Position numbers and translations under genes: made by a program. DNA of 64,000 bases. Origin: Eubacteriales bacterium. GTDB taxonomy: Bacteria; Bacillota; Clostridia; Oscillospirales; CAG-272. The stretch covers positions 2,462-66,461 of the forward strand of contig JAZRDO010000001.1 of the NCBI GenBank assembly GCA_045660325.1, read 5' to 3'. Shown here in pieces: positions 46,375 through 57,700 of the stretch. Within the stretch, counting starts at the first letter, position 1. Each line of letters opens with the position of its first letter. Under the pieces are notes generated by a model. It saw nothing but the letters and a program-made list of their open reading frames with translations. It did no database searches and was not told the origin of the DNA.

Positions 46375-49300
46375 TTAGTTTTTGATAACTACAAAACCGT
46401 ATGCGGGAATTGTATAACGAACACCGTTGAATACAAGAGTTACCATATAGTTATTGTAGTTGAGAAGCATTGTCTTATATGCCTCGCCTTCAAGTGTACC
46501 GTAGGTTACCGCAATGATGTTGCCTGTGGAGTAACGGGACTCTTCCTTTTCGTCTCCGTTATCGTCGTCCTTGTCCTCATCATCGATAACTATTCTGTCA
46601 AGAACCTCCTGCTTTGTGATCTTGAGCTCCTCGGGAATATTGCCCTCGTAAATCATAGCGTCGAAATAGCTGTTTACGATCGCCTCAAGAGTCGCGCTGC
46701 TGTCGTTCATTGACTGCATAAGGATATATTCTGCGCGGTTGTCAACATCAGAGCCGGAGCGATACATTCTGTTTCCGTTAGAGTCAAGAATGTATTCACC
46801 CGCTACATCAACAAGCGCGTAAATCGTAATACCGTCAAGTGTTCCCTCTTCCTTATACTTGATAGCGGTGTAATCCGTACCGTCAAAGAAGTAGTAATCC
46901 TTGATAGATCCGTCGGAGTTCTTGGAGTAGTAATAATACTGACCGTTTGCCTTTCTGTCCTTGAAGACACCGTTGCCGAGGTCCTCTTCAACGTAAGGTG
47001 TAACGATTACCTTTCCAAGTCCTTCAACGTTGAACGCGTCAGGGTCGTCGGGTGCGGAAACGATCGTAAAGAACTTATAGTTAGTAAGATTGTCACCGAT
47101 AAACGCAACCTTTTCGCCGTCAATATTTGTAATGTAGTAAAGTGTTGTAGGTCTGCCTACCTTGTTGCCGTCCTCGTCGTACGCGTAGTACATGATAACG
47201 TCGCTACCCTTGGAGGGCTCACGTGTTTCAGTCTTCTTGAACGTGAACTTCTGCGCTGTCATGTTTGCCTTCGCGGATTCGATCTGGGAGATAGCCTGAT
47301 TTGTCAAGGGAAGCGCAGGATTGTCAAGAATTTCCTTGTTACGGATGATCTCAACGGATTCATAAGCAGCGTCGATCTTTGCATTGAGTGTTTCAATGGA
47401 TTTTTCTATCTGCATAAGGTCCTGAGCGAGCTTTGCGATCGCCTTGATGAGAATGCCCCTTGTATTCTTAACAAGATTGTACTGATCGGAATACGTCTTA
47501 TATTCGGGAGTGCCCTCAGCAGCCTTATCGTAGCCCTTCTCAATATACTGAGCGAGAACCGCACAATAATTCTTGTACAATGCGAGCTGAGAAACAACCT
47601 GCTCCTCGTCCGTCTTGGCTGTTACGCTGTAAAGGTTCCAAACGTTTTCATATTCCTTATCAGCCCAGATAAGAAGCTGACGGCACGCCTCTCTTGCAGA
47701 GGATACGGAATTGAGGATCTCCTGCTTTTCGATCTCAGCCGCATTTTCCTGCGCATCCTGGAACTTATCCATAGCATCAAGAATATCGTTCTGAATTTCA
47801 TCAAGGTCGGGAACTCTCAAGCCTGTTTCAATTATCTCATGACCGATAATGAACTTATCCTGTACGTCAAAGAGGGCGGAATTAAGCTCGTTGTAGGTTT
47901 CAACGATGTCTTCCTTCCAAATATCATATCTTACGGAGTAATACTTACTGAAGTATTCGTTCTCCTTAAGATTCTGTGTATTTCTGTAAGAAAGAATGAA
48001 GTAAGGCGACGCGCCGTTTTCAATTGCCTTGAGCATAGCGTATTCCATATTACCCTCCATGTTAAGAGGTGCGCCTGCGAACTGCACGGAGCCGTGGAGA
48101 ACAACGCCAAGGAAAGGAACGGAGGAAGCCGAAATGTTATAACGGGAGGAGTCGAGAGCCACACCGAGAATGTGGTCAACGTACTGCCACGAGTACGCGT
48201 TGCCGCCCTCTGTCATAACCTGATTATAAGTATTATCAAGATACTTGAACGCACCGATAGTATAGCTCTTGGAATCCTCTCTGTTGTAAGGCTCATCCTC
48301 GTCAAAGTCGGAGTTGAGAGCGCTACCGAGGGACGCTGCGGAAATACCTACGATGTTATTGAATTTTTCCGCATAGGTCTTCGTGATCTTCTCATAGAAT
48401 CTCTGGAAGTATGCGGGAGAGATCGCCATTTCGTAGTAGTTTACCATACCCTGAGTTGCAGTGTATGTTCTACGGCTCGCGTAACGGTCGTCGATCGTCT
48501 TAACGATATGCTTGTTAAGGTTAAGACCGTCGAATCCGCCTGTATACTTAACGTAAGCGAAATCAAAGTCGGGGAAAATACCGAGATTTGTGTTTTCACC
48601 CTTGTTTACGTCAGCAGCGTAGTTGAGAAGCTCCTGGAAGCCCTTCTTACCGCCAACTGCCTTTTCGATCTTGAAGCGGTAAGGAACCTTGGATTCAAGA
48701 CCGCCGTTTGCATAGCCCGTGAGCTTGAAATTAACGTTCTTGATACCGTCCTCGCCTGCAGAAATGTCCTCATACATAGTTTTGATATCCTCAAACGTCG
48801 TAAGAGGAGTCATTGTCTTTACGGGAACGCTGAGCACCTTTTCAAGTGTTTCAAGTGCGCCGAAGGTCTCAATATAAAGAGGAATATCCTTAGTAAGCTC
48901 ATCCTTGCCAAGAGGAGTAAGAATGGGTGTTTCACCGGACATAAGGTAGTCACGGTAAGCTACTGCCATACCGAACCAGGAGGTATCGTACGTCTTGTAC
49001 GTCTTGCCCTCGGGCGCCTCGTAATCGGAGAGGAGAACGTACTTGATTCTGTAGCTTCCAACGTACTTCTTGTCACATACTACCGTCCACTCGTTATTCT
49101 CCGCGTTAACCGAAAGAGAATCGGCTACCTTATAGGAGTCAGTAGGTCTGGGAGTTACCTTGATCTGAAGCGCGTTGTACTCACTCTTAGAGCCGTGGTG
49201 AGTTGTGGAAAGCTCGGAGAGAGCGTCACCCTCTTCGATAACAGCCATAAAGCCGCGCTTGTCCTCAATAACCTCAACCTTAGCGGTGGGGCTCTTAAGA

Positions 49301-50718
49301 ATTTCGGAATACTTGAGTCCGCATTCGGCAACTACGTCACCGAGCTTCTTCTTGAGTGCCTCGTTGGCATAATTCTCATCAAGATACTTATCAACGATAG
49401 CCGCGCTGATAACTACCTCGTAATCGCCAACCTTTTCATTAAAGTCTGTGTACTTGTAGAAAACCGTTTCCTCTACCGCGCCAAACACGGGATAGGAGAT
49501 AGTCTTCTGATATTCGCCTGTAACGGCGTGATATGCAAAGTCCTTACCGTAAACCTTGCCGCTTACAGTCTTTGCAGTATTTGTATTGAGGTCCTGATAA
49601 TCAAAGAGTGCGCCTGAGCCGTCGGGGAAGAAGTTGTATCCCTCGTAAGCGTTGTTACCTGCGCCCATATAAGGAAGAACCGTAATGGATTCAAGACGGA
49701 AGAGAGATTCATTGAATCTGATACCGTTTGCAGGAAGACGTACGTTCAAACCGTTTTCGTCAAGCGTGTATTCAAGAGCCATCTTGAAAAGCGGCGGGTT
49801 AGCATCGTCAGAAACGTACTGAGTAAGCTCGTGATCCTCGTCAAGATCCTCGTATGTATAATCGGGAGCAAAGGTCTTGATGATGTTTTCACATCTTGCA
49901 ACCTCGTTTTCATTTACGGTGGGGTCGAATACGTATACCGCCATCGTCTTTGTTGCGGGATACTTTGTCTGAACGTCCTCTGCTTCATCGGGATCCATCG
50001 TGGACGTATCCTTCAAAACGTAATAGGACTTAAGCTTTGTCATCTGGTGCTGGCTGATTCTGTCGTCGGGAGCAATATTCTTTTCCATCGCCTCAACGAG
50101 CGCGTCGAATCTGCTCTTTTCGATGAGCTTAGGAACAAGCATCTTTGCCTGCTCACGTCCCATCGTGTATTCAACACGGATACCGTTTTTAATGTTCTTT
50201 ACTCTGATCTGATTTCTGTAAGCCGCTTCTCTGAAGCTTAAGAACGTATTGGTCGTATTGTCCGTAATGTTTGTAAACTTAACGATGATCTGAGAGAGAA
50301 GCTCTTCCTTAGTGGAATTCTCACTGTCGTCAGCCTTGGACGAGCCAATATCGTAGGGGTTTGAGAATATAATCTCATTTGTAACTGTATTCTTGAGCGC
50401 AACCTCACCGCTGTACGTATCAACGTAGAGCTGATAGTCGCCGCGCTCTCTTTTGAGAGTCATTGCTGCAAGCTTTTCCTCGGGAGTCGCATAAATCGTA
50501 TTCTTGTAGGAATCCGGCTTAGCGTCAGGCCCCTCGGGTTGTTCTGTGCCGGGAGTCTCGCCGCTATCTCCACTGCCCTCTCCATCTCCGTTTGTATCGG
50601 AGCCGTCGCCGTCAGTTACCTCATCGGCGAGCGCGTTAACTGTGAAGACTGCTGTCAAAGAACCGAGCAATAACATAACAGTTAAGAGCAGCGATATTAA
50701 TTTTATGTAATTTTTCAT
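46375..50718 (-). CDS. 1447-aa secreted protein of unknown function (possibly DUF5696-like; TIM-barrel glycosidase-like core, coiled-coil and beta-rich C-terminal regions)
   Basis: Signal peptide MKNYIKLISLLLTVMLLLGSLTAVFTVNALA|DE and an acidic G/D/E linker. The central region IPLYIETFGALE...NFKLTGYANGGL...GIFPDFDFAY...VPFLGVVLHGSVQFAGAPLNMEGN reads like a (beta/alpha)8 glycosidase-like fold. The family name is from memory and was not searched. Confidence 0.75.
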   Translation of the reverse strand: MKNYIKLISLLLTVMLLLGSLTAVFTVNALADEVTDGDGSDTNGDGEGSGDSGETPGTEQPEGPDAKPDSYKNTIYATPEEKLAAMTLKRERGDYQLYVDTYSGEVALKNTVTNEIIFSNPYDIGSSKADDSENSTKEELLSQIIVKFTNITDNTTNTFLSFREAAYRNQIRVKNIKNGIRVEYTMGREQAKMLVPKLIEKSRFDALVEAMEKNIAPDDRISQHQMTKLKSYYVLKDTSTMDPDEAEDVQTKYPATKTMAVYVFDPTVNENEVARCENIIKTFAPDYTYEDLDEDHELTQYVSDDANPPLFKMALEYTLDENGLNVRLPANGIRFNESLFRLESITVLPYMGAGNNAYEGYNFFPDGSGALFDYQDLNTNTAKTVSGKVYGKDFAYHAVTGEYQKTISYPVFGAVEETVFYKYTDFNEKVGDYEVVISAAIVDKYLDENYANEALKKKLGDVVAECGLKYSEILKSPTAKVEVIEDKRGFMAVIEEGDALSELSTTHHGSKSEYNALQIKVTPRPTDSYKVADSLSVNAENNEWTVVCDKKYVGSYRIKYVLLSDYEAPEGKTYKTYDTSWFGMAVAYRDYLMSGETPILTPLGKDELTKDIPLYIETFGALETLEKVLSVPVKTMTPLTTFEDIKTMYEDISAGEDGIKNVNFKLTGYANGGLESKVPYRFKIEKAVGGKKGFQELLNYAADVNKGENTNLGIFPDFDFAYVKYTGGFDGLNLNKHIVKTIDDRYASRRTYTATQGMVNYYEMAISPAYFQRFYEKITKTYAEKFNNIVGISAASLGSALNSDFDEDEPYNREDSKSYTIGAFKYLDNTYNQVMTEGGNAYSWQYVDHILGVALDSSRYNISASSVPFLGVVLHGSVQFAGAPLNMEGNMEYAMLKAIENGASPYFILSYRNTQNLKENEYFSKYYSVRYDIWKEDIVETYNELNSALFDVQDKFIIGHEIIETGLRVPDLDEIQNDILDAMDKFQDAQENAAEIEKQEILNSVSSAREACRQLLIWADKEYENVWNLYSVTAKTDEEQVVSQLALYKNYCAVLAQYIEKGYDKAAEGTPEYKTYSDQYNLVKNTRGILIKAIAKLAQDLMQIEKSIETLNAKIDAAYESVEIIRNKEILDNPALPLTNQAISQIESAKANMTAQKFTFKKTETREPSKGSDVIMYYAYDEDGNKVGRPTTLYYITNIDGEKVAFIGDNLTNYKFFTIVSAPDDPDAFNVEGLGKVIVTPYVEEDLGNGVFKDRKANGQYYYYSKNSDGSIKDYYFFDGTDYTAIKYKEEGTLDGITIYALVDVAGEYILDSNGNRMYRSGSDVDNRAEYILMQSMNDSSATLEAIVNSYFDAMIYEGNIPEELKITKQEVLDRIVIDDEDKDDDNGDEKEESRYSTGNIIAVTYGTLEGEAYKTMLLNYNNYMVTLVFNGVRYTIPAYGFVVIKN

Positions 50719-50741
50719 ACCATCTTTCTCCTATCTGTTAT

Positions 50742-52895
50742 TTAAAGTCGGAATTGAATTTCTGTAACAATGTTAGTAACAAGGCTTACCATCTTCGTAA
50801 CGAGTGTTGAGAAGAGGATCGCGATAAACATAATAAATACCATTGCCACGGCTGTTCCCGCGATAGTGATAATATTCTTGCTCATCGTGTAGTCGTGAGT
50901 TACCTGTGTGCCGAAGAATATAAGCAAACCAAGCCAGATAAACGCGAATGTCGTAATAAGGTTGATAATGCTTACCTCGGTAAGGATACAGAAGTTGGAA
51001 TAGATCGTTACGGGTATAATGAGCAACGGAAGCGGGAGCAAGCTGTAGGAGCATGCAATGAAGATGTCCTTAAAGCTACCTTCACCGTCAAAGAGCGTTG
51101 TCAAACACCAGTTAGCAACCACGAAGAGGAAGAGAGGAACGAGGATAGATAACGCCTGTCCCCAGATCGTACCGTAATTGCCCTCGGGATTCATAAGGTA
51201 ACCCGAGCCAACGGACTGATAGAAAAATGCGAGAATGGTTACTAAAATGTAAACCAGGGACGCTCTTACCGATCCGCGCTTTTCATGCTTAAGGTCCCAG
51301 AATCCGTCAAACGGATGTAGCATCAGGTGGAATCCAAACAAAAGCTCCTCAATGAAGGTCTTCTTTTTGCCCGAAACTGCCGCCTTAGCATTGACCTTGG
51401 TAATATACTTGTTCGCAATTACAACACCTGCGATAACCACGCCGATGATCAAAATAAGAACGAGGAAGTAGTTGGACATCCATTCCTTTCTGATTTCCTT
51501 GTAGGATTCAGACCAGTTCTTGGTGTCGTACGCCGATTCAAAGTACTCAAGGGACTTCTTGTAATCGCCGTTTCTGTACATTGCCTGACCGATACCTACG
51601 TAAGCCGCGTCGAAGTTCGAGTTGGACTTAAGCACGTCGGTCCATTTGTTGATAGCCGTATCAAAATCCTGATTATTCTCGGCTGTAATAGCTTCAATAA
51701 TCGTATTGCCGTAGGGCTCTCTCTTGAATACGGTAAAGTTATTTGTAGAATCCGAGGAGTCAAGGACGAGCATCTTGCTTCCCTGATAGGTAATAGCAGT
51801 GATTCTCGTAATGCTTCCCATCATATTGCCCGATTCACCGAACGCGAAGAGCAAGCTACCGTTCTTATCGTATGTGTAGATACGGCTTCTCTTCTGGTCA
51901 ATGATGGACCATGTTCCCTCTTCGCCCTCAGCTACGTCAACGATCTTGGAAACACCGTTGTCGTCAGCACCGGGAGCCTTAGAGGCGTTATTGAAGTCAA
52001 CTTCACCCGCAGGTGGCCAGAAGCCGTTACGCGCCATGATCTCATCACCGCTGGTGTTGAGCTTCTTAACGGGCATATAGGTACCGTCGGTAACCTTACC
52101 TAAGATCTGGCTCTGAACCGTACCCTCTGCGATAGTAGACGTTGTAACGTAGATGAAGCCGTCCGAGCTGAGAGCAATGTTATTAAACTCGCTCGATACG
52201 TTTTCCATCTGCTGAGACTGCTGCTCCTCAGTACGGAGCTTTCTCCAGATCTTTTCCCACGCGGAGATCTCTGTTGCCTGCGCGCCGATAAATTTCTGGA
52301 ACTGACCGTCGTCGGTCATTACGATAATACCCTGATAGGTGGATGCGGATACAACGAAGAGACGGTTGTAATCGTCAACCGCGAGCGCGATAGGCTCGTA
52401 CTTGGCATCGTCACCGAAGAGGTGAGATTCGGGAGCTTCAAGGATCTTCTTGAAGTTACCCTTCAAGTCAAATGCAACTATTCGGGATTTGCCGGTATCG
52501 CAAACCCAAATCGTATCGTCGCTTACGAAAACGCCCTTGGGACCCTTCAAGGTGTCGGTATTACCAACGCTGTTCTTGAAGGTGGTAATTTCAAATTCAA
52601 GTCCGTAATAACGGTTAAGAACGACGATTCTATCGTTGCCGGTATCCGCAATGTAAACGTTGCCGGCTTTGTCTGTAATAATATCACTGGGCGCCTTCAA
52701 GGGAGTTGTAAGTCCCATCTTTTCGGACGTGATCGTATTCTCAACGTCATACGCGTCAGGAGAAAGAAGCGGATAACCGTCAATGGAATACGTGTACGTC
52801 TGATAAGCGGAGGATGCGTGAATTCCGATTATAGCGCAGGAGGCAATCATAATTACAGCGAAAGCTATGCACAATATCTTTGTGATGTTTTTCAT
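50742..52895 (-). CDS. Fusion protein: signal peptide, NHL-repeat beta-propeller, TPR, and Yip1-type 5-TM membrane domain
   Basis: NHL-like blades (DKAGNVYIADTGNDRIVVLN, DDTIWVCDTGKSRIVAFD, NRLFVVSASTYQGIIVM, DGFIYVTTS, RSRIYTYDKNG, KMLVLDSSD). TPR (AAYVGIGQAMYRNGDYKKSLEYFESAYD). A TM segment, then a Yip1-like FHLMLHPFDGFWDLKHEKRGS followed by 5 TM segments. Confidence 0.75.
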   Translation of the reverse strand: MKNITKILCIAFAVIMIASCAIIGIHASSAYQTYTYSIDGYPLLSPDAYDVENTITSEKMGLTTPLKAPSDIITDKAGNVYIADTGNDRIVVLNRYYGLEFEITTFKNSVGNTDTLKGPKGVFVSDDTIWVCDTGKSRIVAFDLKGNFKKILEAPESHLFGDDAKYEPIALAVDDYNRLFVVSASTYQGIIVMTDDGQFQKFIGAQATEISAWEKIWRKLRTEEQQSQQMENVSSEFNNIALSSDGFIYVTTSTIAEGTVQSQILGKVTDGTYMPVKKLNTSGDEIMARNGFWPPAGEVDFNNASKAPGADDNGVSKIVDVAEGEEGTWSIIDQKRSRIYTYDKNGSLLFAFGESGNMMGSITRITAITYQGSKMLVLDSSDSTNNFTVFKREPYGNTIIEAITAENNQDFDTAINKWTDVLKSNSNFDAAYVGIGQAMYRNGDYKKSLEYFESAYDTKNWSESYKEIRKEWMSNYFLVLILIIGVVIAGVVIANKYITKVNAKAAVSGKKKTFIEELLFGFHLMLHPFDGFWDLKHEKRGSVRASLVYILVTILAFFYQSVGSGYLMNPEGNYGTIWGQALSILVPLFLFVVANWCLTTLFDGEGSFKDIFIACSYSLLPLPLLIIPVTIYSNFCILTEVSIINLITTFAFIWLGLLIFFGTQVTHDYTMSKNIITIAGTAVAMVFIMFIAILFSTLVTKMVSLVTNIVTEIQFRL

Positions 52896-52912
52896 GTGAT
52901 TTCCTCCTTATA

Positions 52913-53785
52913 TTAGTCTTTCATACCACTGGATCCCATTGTTTCAATAATGTTGGACTGAGAAACAACGAATACCAGGATCGGTACCATCATCATAATA
53001 ACCTGTGATGCAGCAGATGCGCCCGCACGCTTGATACCGCCCGCGGTGATCTGACCGATCGCGTAGTTAAAGGACTTGAGCTGCTCGGAGTGAATGTACA
53101 TCGATGCACCCTGATTCCAGAGGCCCTGGAAGGAGTAGATGATAAGTGTAAGCCAAGCAGGCTTAACCATGGGCATTGCGATTACCCAATATGTACGGAG
53201 CTCGCCTGCGCCGTCAAGACGTGCGGACTCGAGAACTGTATCGGGAACGTTGGTATCCATAAACTGCTTCATAAGGTAAAGACCGAGTGTGGATGCCCAT
53301 GCGGGAACGATGATTGCAAGATAAGAGTCAAGCCAACCGAACGTCGACATTATAATAAAGGAAGTAATAGTCGTAACCGTAGAGTTAAACATAAGGGACG
53401 TCTGAACGAGCTGGAACATACCCTTAGCGCCGGGGAACTTTATCTTAGCAAGTGTATATGCTGCAAGAGACGCGATGAACAAGTGTCCAAAGGTACCTGC
53501 AACGGAAGTGAAGATCGTATTGAAGATGTATCTTGAGAAGGGCGCTACGGAGGTATTCATAAGCGCGAAGAGGGATTTAAAGTTATTGAGCGTAGGGCTC
53601 ATAACGATAAACTTGGGGGGATACATCCAAAGCTCGTCAAGAGGCTTCAACGACTGCATTACTACGTAGAACATAGGAAGGAACATAAAGAGTCCCAAGC
53701 CTACGAGAAGTACCGTAATAAACGCGTCGCCGCCTGCCGAACGGGCAAGTACGACTTTATGTTTTCTGGTTCTCAGCTTAGCCAT
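52913..53785 (-). CDS. Carbohydrate ABC transporter permease (MalG-like)
   Basis: EAA loop LESARLDGAGELRTYWVIAMPMVKP. 290 aa, 6 TM. Confidence 0.9.
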   Translation of the reverse strand: MAKLRTRKHKVVLARSAGGDAFITVLLVGLGLFMFLPMFYVVMQSLKPLDELWMYPPKFIVMSPTLNNFKSLFALMNTSVAPFSRYIFNTIFTSVAGTFGHLFIASLAAYTLAKIKFPGAKGMFQLVQTSLMFNSTVTTITSFIIMSTFGWLDSYLAIIVPAWASTLGLYLMKQFMDTNVPDTVLESARLDGAGELRTYWVIAMPMVKPAWLTLIIYSFQGLWNQGASMYIHSEQLKSFNYAIGQITAGGIKRAGASAASQVIMMMVPILVFVVSQSNIIETMGSSGMKD

Positions 53786-53786
53786 A

Positions 53787-54731
53787 TTACGTACCTACCT
53801 TTGACAGAATTTTCTTAACGAGGAAGTTTGCTCCGATCATGATCGCAAAGAGCACAACGGCGATAGCCGATGCGTAACCCGTCTCATAACGCATACCACC
53901 GTAGTCGGAAAGGTGGTGCATAATAGTATGACACGAGTAGTTTACTGACGGGAATCCGCAGAGCGCGTCAACGACGCCACCGAAGCCGAACGCGCCTGTG
54001 ATTGCCATTACGGCACCGAACATAAGCTGAGGCTTCATGGAAGGAAGCGTTATGTAATAAAGCTCCTGCCAACGGTTCTTGATTCCGTCAACCGCGCCCG
54101 CCTCGTAAAGCGAGCGATCTACGCCCTGAAGTCCCGCGATAAAGGACAGGAAGGACGTACCAAGGGATGTCCAGAGGGCAACGACGATACAAAGAGCCAT
54201 CGCGTATTCCTCTCTCTGGAAAAAGTTGATTTCTTCTTCTATGATATTGTATTCGAGAAGCATCGCGTTTACCCAACCGTAGGAGTCACCCGAGAAGAGT
54301 GTACCCCAGATAAGATAAACGTTACCCGAAATAGAGGGAGCGTAGAATATAAGTGTTACTACTGCACGGATCTTGGGAGGAAGCTCATTGATGAACCACG
54401 CTACCAAGAATGACATAAGGTAGGATGCAGGTCCTACTATACAAGCGAAAATAAACGTATTCTTGCATGCCGTTAAGAATATATCATCGTCGAAGAACAA
54501 AGTTATGTAGTTATCCAAAAATACAAAGCCCGGGAACTGGAGCATATTAAAGTCTGTAAAGCTCAAAATAATTGAAAGCAATACAGGGAGCACGGTGAAG
54601 ATAGTGAAAAGAATCATATAGGGCGCAACCATAACGTATGCTATCCAGTTACGCTTCATTTCTTTCCAAACCCACTGAGCCATTGTCATGTCCTTACGGG
54701 CGGCAGCTTGTTTTTCTGCTTTCTTAGGCAT
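53787..54731 (-). CDS. Sugar ABC transporter permease (MalF-like)
   Basis: EAA loop YEAGAVDGIKNRWQELYYITLPSMKP. 314 aa. Confidence 0.9.
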   Translation of the reverse strand: MPKKAEKQAAARKDMTMAQWVWKEMKRNWIAYVMVAPYMILFTIFTVLPVLLSIILSFTDFNMLQFPGFVFLDNYITLFFDDDIFLTACKNTFIFACIVGPASYLMSFLVAWFINELPPKIRAVVTLIFYAPSISGNVYLIWGTLFSGDSYGWVNAMLLEYNIIEEEINFFQREEYAMALCIVVALWTSLGTSFLSFIAGLQGVDRSLYEAGAVDGIKNRWQELYYITLPSMKPQLMFGAVMAITGAFGFGGVVDALCGFPSVNYSCHTIMHHLSDYGGMRYETGYASAIAVVLFAIMIGANFLVKKILSKVGT

Positions 54732-54780
54732 TTGTTCTCTCCTTTACTAGATTTTTACTGTTATTGAATTTAGATCAATA

Positions 54781-57700
54781 TCAATACTTTGACATTGCAT
54801 TTGCCGCATCGCTGAGCGCTACGGAAAGGAAGTAGAGAACATTTTCCTCGCTGAATCTGTTCTTATCAGCGATATCCTTGTTCTGAACCTGCATTGTTCT
54901 GATATTCATTGCATCGCCCTTAAGGTCAGTCTTTGCAGACTCGCCAATGAGCTTTGCAACCTCCTCGGATGCTTCCTTGATCGAGAGCATATCGTCACTC
55001 TTGATAGCCGTTCTTATAAGATCGAGAAGAGCCGTATTGCCATAGCCTCTTTCGCTCAAAAGATCAACTGCCGTCTGTGCCTGAGAGAGACGCTTGGATG
55101 CAAGCGTTTCGCCCTGCTCGAGAGTTTCAAGACCGAACTCAACTCTCTTTCTGGAAATTTCCTTGTTGATAATGTTAATGTAAGAAAGCAATTCCTTTTG
55201 AGGATCCGCCTTCTCGTTGTAAGCCGCGAGGAACGCGAAGTTTACGTAACGGTTGATAATGTATGCACCGGGGTAGTTAGGAATGGAAGCAAGGCCGTCA
55301 AGTCCGCCCTCACCGTCATAACCGTTGATCTGACCCATGATCTGCGTGAATTCCTCGGTTGTCCAAGGCAAGCTCTCGAGAGCCTCGATATTTGCCGTAG
55401 GATGCTTAGCGGAGGGACCCATGATAGCAACCATTTCGTTTGTGTACTCGGTCTGACAATTCTTACCGGTGTACCACTTCATAAATTCCCAAGCATCCTC
55501 ACGTCTCTTCTCTGCGCCCTTAACCATTACAGTTGCGCCGACGCCGGAGATAGACTGATTGTTGATAACGCCGTCCTCGTTTACAATACCGGGCAGCGGA
55601 ACGAACTGCCAGAGGCCTTCAATTTCAGTCGCGAATACCTTGAGCTGATTGTAAAGACCTGTGTAGTCACCGATAAGGATCGGCATCTCGCCCGTTCTGA
55701 AACGGTTAGCAGCATCGTACATATAGGGGAACTTATAGTCCGTGAACATCTTACACATCTTTTCGAAGGCTTCAAGACCCACCTTGGAGTCAAGGTTGAT
55801 TCTCATGCCGTCGTCAGCGAAGAGCTCACCGCCCATCTGGTAAAGGAACATTCTGTATTCAGTCGTAAGACCGATCTCCATTTCTCTTGCCTGAAGCAAG
55901 GGAATGAGAGCCATTACGTCCTCCCAGGTTTCGGGAATAATATTTTCTTCCGTCTTATCGGCATTATCCATCTCGCTATAGAGATCGGCTAAAACGTCAA
56001 GACGAACGTACATCATTGCAAAGGACTGAATTTCGGGAAGACCGTAATAGTGTCTTACACCCTCGGCGTCCTCAATACCGAGAACGAGCATAGCGGCATT
56101 CGTAAAGGACTTTGTAACCTCATCGAAGCCTTCATTCTGCTCAATGGGAAGGATTGCGGAACGGATCGCGTAGTTGATTACGTCATCCTGTCCGAGCGCG
56201 AGGTATACGTCAGGACCCTCACCCGCAAGGATAGAAGGAAGAAGCGTACCGCCCGCTACGAGCTTAAGATCCACCGTTATATTCTTGGAGGGAGTAAAGT
56301 CGTTATTTACAAGAGAACGAACTACCTGGAACTGGTCACGACCGGAAACCATCCATACCTCAACACCGTCAACGTCTTCCTTTGTTGTAGCGCCAACAGC
56401 ATTATAGTCACGTGTAAAGCTTGCGAAGAACGCTCTGATCTCGTGCCAGATTGCTCTGAAGAAGCCCGCCTCAGCCTTGGGCATTGCCTCATCGGGAGAC
56501 TGGATAATAATATAGTCCATCTGAAGAGGCTGAGTCTTTGCATCGGAAAGGAACGTACCGAGCGTACCGATATAGGACTTCAAGCGCGCAAGGTTCTTTG
56601 CGATTTCCTTTTCGTGCTGACCCATCTTGAGAAGAAGGTCCGCGATCTTCTGAAGAGTACCTACGTTTGCCGACTTCTGACCTGCAAGCTCGGTAAGTAT
56701 CTGAGCGACACCGGGCTCGGGGAACTGCTCGTCGGTTGCATAATTGGGGTTATCGAGAACCTTGGACTGAATTACCATATCTATAAGCTGGCTGGGCATG
56801 ATTCTCGAGAAGCCGTAGTCACGGTCGGAGTCGGGAGTCGTACCTGTAAGCTGGATAATGGAAAGGTAGTCACCGTTGATTCTGTCAAGACACTCCTGAA
56901 CTCTGCTTACGATCTCACCCATCTTACCGAGTGTAACCTCAAGCTTGATGGTATAAACGACACCCTCCTTGAAGTAGATGTGGTAGCCGTCCTGACCGTT
57001 GGAGCTCTTAAGATCCGTAACCTGCCAGTTATCATTGTAGTTATATACGAGAGCCTTTGCTTCCTCAAAGGGAATACCGTTGTAATATCCCGCTTCGCCT
57101 TCGCTAACACCCTCGCCGCTATAGATGTAAAGCGCACGGTTTACGTACATACCGTCGAGAAGATTCTGTCTGAATCTTGTAACGATATCGTAAAGGCCGC
57201 TTTCACCCTCGCCGAGCTTGAACTGATACGTTACCGCCTGTCCTGCACTCTGCCACTTGGATTCGCCGATCGTGTTGAGCAACGTTACCGCGGGAGAAGA
57301 GGGGGACGTAGCCGCGCTGGACTTGTCCTCAAGAGCGTATATAGTCTTATCAGTCGTAGTATTTGTAAATTCCGCTTCGATCTTGATAGAACCGTTTCCG
57401 TAAGGAACGTTTCCGAGAGAAGCGATATATTCCTCATAAGTGGGAAGCTTTTCCGCGGGAACAAGAGTAATACTCTTGATCGCAACGGCTTCGTTCTTAC
57501 CCTCAAGAGTAATGGTGTTCACCTTACCCGCCTCGAAAACGAATTCGAAGGGAGAGGAATAGAAGCCCGTGCTGTCCTTAATCTGATAGGTCGTCCACAA
57601 GGGATCCTGCTGCGCGTCGGGACGAAGCTCGTTGCCCCACACGTCGACCTTCATAAATCTTATGGAATATTTTTGACAGAAGTCCGAGATAGCTCCCGTC

